From contig OZ059894.1 in assembly GCA_964057225.1 (NCBI GenBank), positions 17,050,001 to 17,114,000 of the forward strand: a stretch of DNA of 64,000 nucleotides, given 5' to 3'. Under the pieces are notes generated by a model, which saw only the letters and a list, made by a program, of their open reading frames with translations, ran no database searches and was not told the origin of the DNA. This document shows positions 55,400 through 64,000 of this stretch, one piece after another; the first letter of the stretch is position 1, and each line of letters opens with the position of its first letter. Made by a program: the position numbers and the translations under genes. Source of the DNA: Auanema rhodensis. Lineage: Eukaryota > Animalia > Nematoda.

Positions 55400-58300
55400 C
55401 AGTTTTTGTTCTTTGGCGGTTAGAAGTCGAACAATGTCGATAGGAATTAACCGAATATCTTCGTTTTTAAACTGAAACAGCGATTAAGGAAAATTTACTG
55501 TGGAAATGTATTGAAATGTATGTCCAAGAGCCTGCATTGTTGGTTTCTTCGCGTAAAGCTTGTAATTGTGTCGTTGAGTTGTGCTGAGCATAATTTGATT
55601 ATGGCCCATTCGCAGGCTTGAAACCCAGTCCATTTTAGGAAGAAGACCATATTATACGTAATTCGTAACCATTTCATCCCATAGGCTTGCTCTGCCATCC
55701 TTTCTTTCTGCCTATTAGTATGCAATAGTTTGCTGTTTCTAGTTATATATTCATGTTGAATTTTTTTGCAATCAACTTGTACCTTTTGTTCTAAAAAAAT
55801 GATTCGGAAATAAAAAAAACTATATGAAAACATCTGGCTGACCTCCAGTGTAGTCGGTCTTCAATCCGTTTTTTATGGTCCTCCAAATTTCGTTTGTTGA
55901 TTAATGAATACTAACGACAGTTCACTCGTTTTTCGTTCATTTCTTTCCTCGATTTTATTTCAAAAAGTTTATTTCCAACAAATTACATTCCTTCATATTA
56001 TTAAATATAAAATTACATTGAACCTTCACTTCAAACGATTTTATTAACTTTTATACTAAATGCTTTGAACCCTCTATCTGAGAATCGGTCTCTTTAACAG
56101 GAAATGTGATTTCTTCTGAGACCTATTTTTCAACGCTTTAGCCAATTTCCTGATTCAACATCAGATAAACCGTAATAGTATGGCATCTGTTTTTAGTTTC
56201 CGGTATTTTAAATCTTATTTAGCTTAGTAGTAGATAGAGAGAAAGAAGAAACATAGTCGGCTTCTATTTAAGGCTTGTCATCTGGAAAGTATATTTGACC
56301 TGTAAAAAACATGAACTGATCGTGCTGGGTATCGTTCATCAATTTTTACAACATCTGGTCTTACTTTCTATAAGGTTTTCTATTATATTCATCAGTCTCC
56401 TCATTTTTTCGTAACTGGGATTTCTTTAAAATTTTTGCTTTTGAAGTATATTCTTCTATTCCATTCTTTTTCAGAAATTGCAAATCGTCAATTTTCGCGG
56501 TAGAGTATCGGTTCACTATTAGCTAACCATTTATCTCTTCAACTACCTGGGGAGGTCTATCCGACCTCGTCAATTCAATCACTGTCTCACTGTTCACCGA
56601 ATTCGTATACTCTCTTTCATTCTTCTATCCTGTTGTCTATTTCTCCCTTTAGTACAACTCATGTATTATCCTTCAGTTCTGTTGAAGGTTTCCACAAATT
56701 TAGTATTTCGATCAAATATATATTAAATTAGATAGGTGTTTAGAAATTTTTTATGTTTTCAATAGTCCCCGGAAAATCTTTAACCCTATCCGATTTCTCC
56801 TGATAGTACAGCTGTTTTTGGTTAGCTCAATTAGCACTCTATAATACACCATAAAATCCAAAGTTAACTTGAGAATATAAGATGTTTATATACTAACAGA
56901 TGATAACTCTTGACCGTTTCCACTCTGATTACGTAAATCCTATGGCCGTTATTTTAGAATGATGGATGTATGATCGCTTGACAAACATAAACACACCTGA
57001 CCGATATCCAAACGATTACATACCGCTTAATCCTCAAATTAGGTTTCAATTTCAGCATTTTGAAAATGTGTGCAAAATCAGGATATATTCAAATATCATG
57101 AATATAAAATGCATCTATATATCATCATAAATATAAATCGTGTGACCATTTACGGTTTTTAGAGATCGTTTCTCGTGGTCATATTTCAATGGAATTCATG
57201 TAGCTTATTGACATCATTACTTAAGCTATATATTTAAGATATAAGGAACACCTGTCGTTTAACTATGATTCTTTTGTCCTTCTGTAAGTAGTTATGAATA
57301 CCGTATTCTCATATTCTTCAGGGGTGTTTCCCATATGTTTTGTCGGAACATCATGTTCGTGTTGTGTGGACTACTAAGCATCTTCATTCTATTTTAAAAT
57401 ACACACACAAAAAAATAGAATCGAAAACTATTTAAAATACACAAACATACTTTTTTACCCATTTTTTTATCGCTTTGAATGCCGGATGGCCTTTTAACTT
57501 TTTGGATTACTTATCTAACGATACCATCTTATTTCTCCTTTTAGTCCTGCTTTTCACATTCCAGCTATTTAATCTATTTTACCCTACAAGTGTCACCCAG
57601 TTACTTCTGTATAATTCGGAATAAATAACGAACTCTCTTTGATTTTGTCGTCTCTCGTGCCAAACTCTGATCTCAGTTATATTTCTACATTCTTTAGATT
57701 ATGCCTTTCTTTCTTCTTGGCCGATTTCAGCACCCATTCTTTGATTTTACTTTCTTTTTTCCTTTGGCAGAGGTTAACCGACTAAAATCTGTCTCCAAAG
57801 ATGCCGATCAGCAAACGGACTTTTATATACTGCCAGAAAAATCCTTTTTGCAACTTCCTTTTTTTATTTTTCGAAAATTCGGTCTATACAACATTCTCAG
57901 TACTTCTCACAACTTTAACTGGGTTATCAAAAGTTTGAAAAAATATGTTTTTCTTTTCAGTGATTTTCCTCGCACTTTTAAGATCTGTCACTAGACATTC
58001 TATGTTGTTAGATTACAACATAGATAATGTTTATACAAAAAAAAAACTGAAAATCATTTAGGTTTTTGGCATTTCATGACTTGTTTAATTATTCTATTTT
58101 AAGATCCTATTTTATTTCAATTCGTTATAATCTTTTGATGTCGGTATCTTGCGTTTCACTCTTAGCATTGGCAACTCTTGCCACGGATTTCAGCGTATTG
58201 TTCTTACGGACTAACCTTAACATAGAGACAGGCTATGATGACAAGATTCTTCCTCATAGAAACTAACGTCTCAGATAAGAAGCAATTTATGTTACAATGG

Positions 58301-61300
58301 AGGAGATTTTTCAAAAATTTTCAACCGATTGGCAGACAGCACTTGTGCCACGCGTCAGTCGGATAGATTGACTGAACGAACAAGTGTCTCAGCTTTTCCT
58401 CCTCCACGAAACTCTTTCTCTTTTTCCTTCTTCCTCTTTAGCTCTTTATATCTTATCTTTTTTCTCACTATATCTCTTCATGTTTTCTCATCATACATAT
58501 TTTAAAAATTTATCACTTCACTTTTGCAAGATATATTGCCCATAAATTGACACGTTCGCGTAAGAAAATTTCATTTTCGGAACGGTATCTATATGGAGCG
58601 GTTGAAATTTTGTTTATGTTCTGTACGTAATTAGAAATGTTTACAATACAGGAAATCTTCATGTTTAAGCATATTAATATAAAAAACATTTTATATTATT
58701 ATCATTTCTTTGTTAACCTTTTAGCCTTCCTCTTCATTGTTTCAAACCATTTTAGATATTTGAGAGTGAACTTGTTTTTGAAGATAAAATGAAAATTGAA
58801 ATATTAGATATCAAAAGAAAACTGCGGTAAATAAGCATTCATCCATTTCCTTTTTACACTTCTTGTCCAAATGTCATTTTGATAGTCAATAATACGACAA
58901 TTCTACCGGACATATGTCTGATTGATCTTCATAGCCTAAATCAGCAAATCTTCATTTCTATCCAAACTTTAATTTTTTTTAGACATCGAAAATCCTCGAG
59001 CTATTCCTTTTTCTAAAAAATTATAGAAAAATCTATGGATAGAAGTGAGGGTTTCTTTATTTCTTTTGTCGGTTATGTAGCATCTGTTTGACACTGTACG
59101 CCGCCATCTTAATCTAAAAAAACTAAGTTCATTACCGGTCTTCGGTGGAAGGACGGTTGGCCTTCACTACACCTCACTCTTTCCGTTAAAGATGTGCTTT
59201 GTTTTTCTTAAAAAGGTTGAAAAAGTCACTATATCTCACTAAAAACCGTCACTTTCGAAATATGACAATGAGATTTTTCTGATTGAAGACTAAGGTAATT
59301 GAATGTGATCGGCAGAACGCTAACCCCGAAGGGCTAAGAACAAGCTCATGCAGATGGTGAATAGACATATATAGCATTCCCATATCGTCATTAATAAACA
59401 GCTGTCGTTCACTGAAAAAAAAGATTTTTTTTGCAGAAACAGAAGCTTCATAATATCCATAGATTTGTCTGTGGAAGATAATTCTCTTCTCATCCAAAAA
59501 TCGCAATATTCTTACAAATTCATCTTGAATCGTCACCCTTAGGTACTACTATAGTAATGGCTAAAACACCATGCGTTATGCAGGATATTGGTTGACAAGT
59601 TGAGATTCCCAAGGGAACTAGACGTCAAACACAATGTGTTATGGAGGTTTGACTAACGTTATTCCGGGCCAAACTAATATTAAAGCGTTCTCAGTAAAGC
59701 AACAACTTCTAAACATGTTTCTTTCATCCTTCGAGATGACAGACAGACATGAAAATATCCATAAATGCCATTCTGCTTTGATGTGTGGCGTTCCCGATGC
59801 AGTTGATCCATCGAAAGATTCGGGAACAACGCTACTTCATAGCAAAATTCTTGAGGAAAATGAATTACTGTTTATTTCACACGAGAAGATGGGCGTAGCG
59901 TTGAAACCATCAAGAGATGACCTCGGATACTTTGGACCTCACAGTGTGGCGAGAAGCTGGCCTAACCAACTCATTATGTTGACATGACGAATGTCTACGT
60001 GTGAGAAGACTGATTTCATGAGGCATACAACCATCAAGAGAACTCCAACCTTGGTCATAAATTGTCTCATCTTCGTTGACTAAGATTCCGAAAAATGATT
60101 CTGTCTTCCATGTCTTAAATGGATTTGTTTCGGCAGCCGGCAAGCCCGTCCAGTAGAACAACCCCTTTTTCTAGCGGTCACGCCCTCTGTTTTTGGGAAA
60201 TAGACGAAAAGCAGTGGAAGAACTTTTCAAACACTATGAGCAATATAGATAATGTAACTCAAGTACTATTCTAATTTACATCCTAACTCTCTGTTGCTAT
60301 TTTACATTGCCCTTCATCCAAAAATCGAATTATACGTATTACTACTGATACTTCTCACATTGTACTGTAGTTAATAACAATTGATAAATCAATATCAGCT
60401 TGACGCCACAAATTTTTCATTTTCTGTTTCCGTATTCAATTCAACGGAGGTTCTTTCTCGTTTTGTAATCATCTCGTATTATCATCAACATCATCATCTT
60501 CAATGTCTTCTTAACCCAGGTCGACATAGTCACACCCGTGGGCTTTGGAAAACCGTTGAAGATGCTTCAGAGTATAACACGAAACTGAAATTCTTTTTTT
60601 ATGTAACTCGAAAACTCTCTAAATATCGTCATGATTTAAGTTTGCAAAATATTTTTTTATTTTTTCTGCTACCATATCGTGTTTGGATGAATGCCGCCAT
60701 ATCAACGGAAACAGAGAATGCGATTCTTAGTTTCTCACCCAATTAACACAAACAGTTAGAACATAGCAGTTTAATCATAAGAGCATTTTAGACTTACTTA
60801 ACTCTACGTGGTTATATGTATCTAAATAGTCTCATTTTCACATTTCTGTTTCTCCTGCTGAAAAATCTTCTTTCTCCTCTTATTCCATTTCTTGATCAGC
60901 TGTTATCTTTCTTAGTTAGAGTTTGGTCTCGTGTAATTCAGATATCACACATCTGCGAAATAGAGAAAGATAGCTGATCACCAACAATTTCAATAGCTAT
61001 TTTCCTATTCTTCGTCTTTCTTACCTTCTTTTAGCTATTTTCTCCTCTTTCTCCTATCCACCTTCATAGATCAGCGTTCTTCTTTTCTTTTACTATCTAT
61101 CTCTCTGTTTCTTCGTTCATATTTCTCTCGCACTGCTTCAACACATTCGCCACCCGGCTGTCTTATGGCAATTTCCAGCAGATTTATTACGCCAATACGG
61201 ATGTCAACCTTGTCATTAACCACTTTAAGCTGGTCAAGTTGCAACTTGAGGAACTGCTGAAGCAACACTAACATCTTATTGCTTTTCCTAAAAAAATAGT

Positions 61301-63100
61301 CATGAAACTAAACCGAATATCATATTCTACAACATTCTGTGGCATAGATGACCAATTCAACCAGATTTTTTTTGCCGGCCACCCCCACATTCGATGTTTC
61401 TTTCTAATCCTATCAGCTCCGCTCCATTTGGTCTTGTTATTACGAGATAACTCCTTATCACCTTATTTCTTTTTCTTTTGGCCGTCCATTCGACCTTCCT
61501 TTTTCTTGGCCAGACAAAAGAAAATAGATAAGCATACCTCAATATTTTCTATATTTGTTTATTTTTGGTTTTCTTCTGTTTATCAGAAGTTTTTTACTAT
61601 CAATTCTATATTAGTTACTATATCCTGATGCATTTCTTCTAACAACCTTTTCTTTGGCAGAAAAAAAATCTTAAATCGGCGACTGGCCCACAAGTTCTTT
61701 GAAAGCGTTTTTGTCTTCTTGGACCGCAGAGGGCTGCGTCCGACCCGTTTTTTTCTTGGATGAGAGGACAGTTCTCTTCTTCGTGACATTTGTATATAGG
61801 AACACATTTCGCTATTTCGTCTTCTTTGTCGGAAAATTTTTAAAAAATCGATGCTTTAGTCAATAAGCTTATTGTTATTTTCTATTATTTGATATAGTTT
61901 AGTCTATTAGCAATAATTTCTTGCTTTGAACTATCATTACTTGTTTTGAAGTTTTCAAACTAATTATCTGTCATTTAATATGCCGGCTAAATGTACATCA
62001 ATGATGATTAAATATTTGTCAAAACTACATTAATTTGTCTATATATTTAGTTGTTCTATATTTTATAATTAGTACTAAAATTTCTATTTCGTAATGATAT
62101 GATATTTTGCTATTAAATCCACCAAATCATTAGTTTGAGTTTATAGACTGAAATGAACATCCTAGCTTTATCTTATGTTCCTTTTATATTTTATGGATGC
62201 AGACAGTTTTTATGAGCATCGTATCAGTTAAATAAGCATAAACATTTAAAAATATGTCATGAGCAATTGAAATTCAATTGTCTTGGATGACAGCAATTTT
62301 TCTATTAATATGTTACATATTCAACAATGGGGTTTGCTGAATAGGTATTAAATGATTTTCATATTTCTCATCTCCAACTTGATTGATAATTCGGTCTAGG
62401 AGCTTTGCGTTCTCTCTAATATTCCCAGAATTTCCATATTGATTTTTTCAATAATAATCGTTGTCCGATAATCATATACGAGAATCATGTTGAATCTTGT
62501 AATCGTCAGTATTGAACCAATGAATTCGTGATCGAACATACATGGATTACTTGGTCTTGGTTTTCTATTACTTCACCTTGTCTTCCCCTCTTAACTAACC
62601 TTTCTTATGAATCATTACATGTATTTCTTTTTAAAATACAACTTGCAAGTGTTTCTGTAAGATAATAATAAGTTCTGAACAGGATTCTCATATATGTATT
62701 CGAATAGACAGATGAGATGAAAGATTTAAATGTGGAATGTGTGAGAACTAGTAAAGATACTTATGTTTGTGTTCATCAACTAACACAGCTCGTTTGCTTA
62801 CCTTTCGAATGTTGTCATTCATCCGAACCTCTCCTATCTTCACTATCACAACTGTTTTGATTTTCGCATCTTCTTCTTACTCTTCTTCTACTACTTCATC
62901 AACGACCTCTTTTAGCTTCTACTTTACCGACAACCTATTTAAAGTATTTTTCTTGCCTTTGCTTTTCTTCTCATCGTTTTCTCTTTTTTTTCTATTTTAC
63001 GATGATTTTTATGTAGTTTGCATCTTGTAATTATCATCAGAACATAGTCTTTATTTCTCTGAAATCTGTATTTGTTTTTTTCTTGTCATTTATGCCAGAT
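55400..63100. pseudogene. Decayed coding-like or transposon-like sequence; no intact gene recovered
   Basis: Patches with protein-like composition, broken by stops (55495-55833, 59249-60161, 60850-61807, 62800-63000). No consistent exon chain and no diagnostic transposon motif were found. Confidence 0.3.
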
Positions 63101-64000
63101 GATGAACCATTACCATTCAGTCAAATTCTTTCGCATAACGGTCATCTGATATTCTATATTACAACTTTACTTTGTTCACAGCCTTTGTTCTAATTCACCT
63201 ACCGAAGTAAAAATTTTAGGAGCAAGCATTGAGAAAAAGAAGAAAGATGAGATTACGTAGAACGAGTTTATTTTCTTTTTCAAAATAATTTTGTAACTTG
63301 TGAGAGTTCATTTTCAAGTTTGCAATGATCTCATAATTCAAAGTTGCAGTTACTCTTTGCAAGAATAAAGCCATATCGTCTGATTTCATGAACACTCTTC
63401 ATATATGTCTCCACATTATGAACTCATTCTTATAGCTAAGTATCTCAGTAGCATTCAATTGTTCCCCAATCTCAAAACATCATTTGGTGCTCATTGTGCT
63501 TATATAGATATTTTGAAGATTCTTCTACACATCACATCACAAACAGAAATCACTCCATGTGTGAAAACTGAAACAACTACCATCACATGAAATCTTAATG
63601 ACATTCTGATGTTCATGATTTTCCTCGTTATTTCAAATGGAATAATGGGCAAACGAATTTATTTTGCATATCGTTTCCAGTACTAAGTATCGTAGTCATC
63701 TTCAATATAAATCTGATGTTAACTATTTTTCATTCATACTTTATGCCTATCTACATGCTACAATCTTTGGACATATGTAAAGTGCTTATTTAGATGTTCC
63801 ATGTATGGTGTAGTAGTTGCAGTAGTAGCAATAGCAGCAGCAGATTATGTATCCAACCATCTTCTACTATCTGGAGGTCATTCCAGAATGAGCATGGTCT
63901 CTCCGTTCAGCTATCTAATAGACCTTCATCCATATGCCAGTTCCATCTATGTGCACAGTCAGCTATAATTGGCTACCATTGAGACCCATCATTATATATT

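Noticed and set aside
63790-64000. 3' end of a LINE/RTE element
   Set aside because: The frames are broken and no diagnostic motif is convincing; truncated by the window edge.

Overview
AT-rich eukaryotic DNA from a rhabditid (clade V-type) nematode, judged from dense 40-60 nt introns, TTTCAG acceptors, a cuticle collagen and a probable operon. Genes were reconstructed by hand-splicing, in this order: protein kinase D (dkf-2, ~5.3-23 kb, large introns); a hypothetical helical protein (~26.7-27.2 kb); collagen sqt-3/col-1; L-2-hydroxyglutarate dehydrogenase head-to-head with SDHAF2; a secreted two-CUB protein tail-to-tail with a MIG-18-like protein; a Rad21/Rec8-family kleisin; a PAR/giant-type bZIP; and a probable operon dpy-30 > rnp-1 (Lark/RBM4-like) > DHTKD1/ogdh-2. 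The region 55.3-64 kb has no intact gene and looks like decayed sequence. The best new observation is a clean 3-exon, 68-aa tail-anchored microprotein gene, absent from the ORF track, nested antisense in intron 1 of DHTKD1; its 3' UTR should overlap the host start codon and the intercistronic region. Other notable items are a candidate poison exon with a Lark-type GCGCGG motif in rnp-1, a candidate recursive splice site and cassette exons in dkf-2, two weak GC-AG introns in DHTKD1, and a double-hairpin intronic element. No database searches were run; gene names rest on remembered family motifs.
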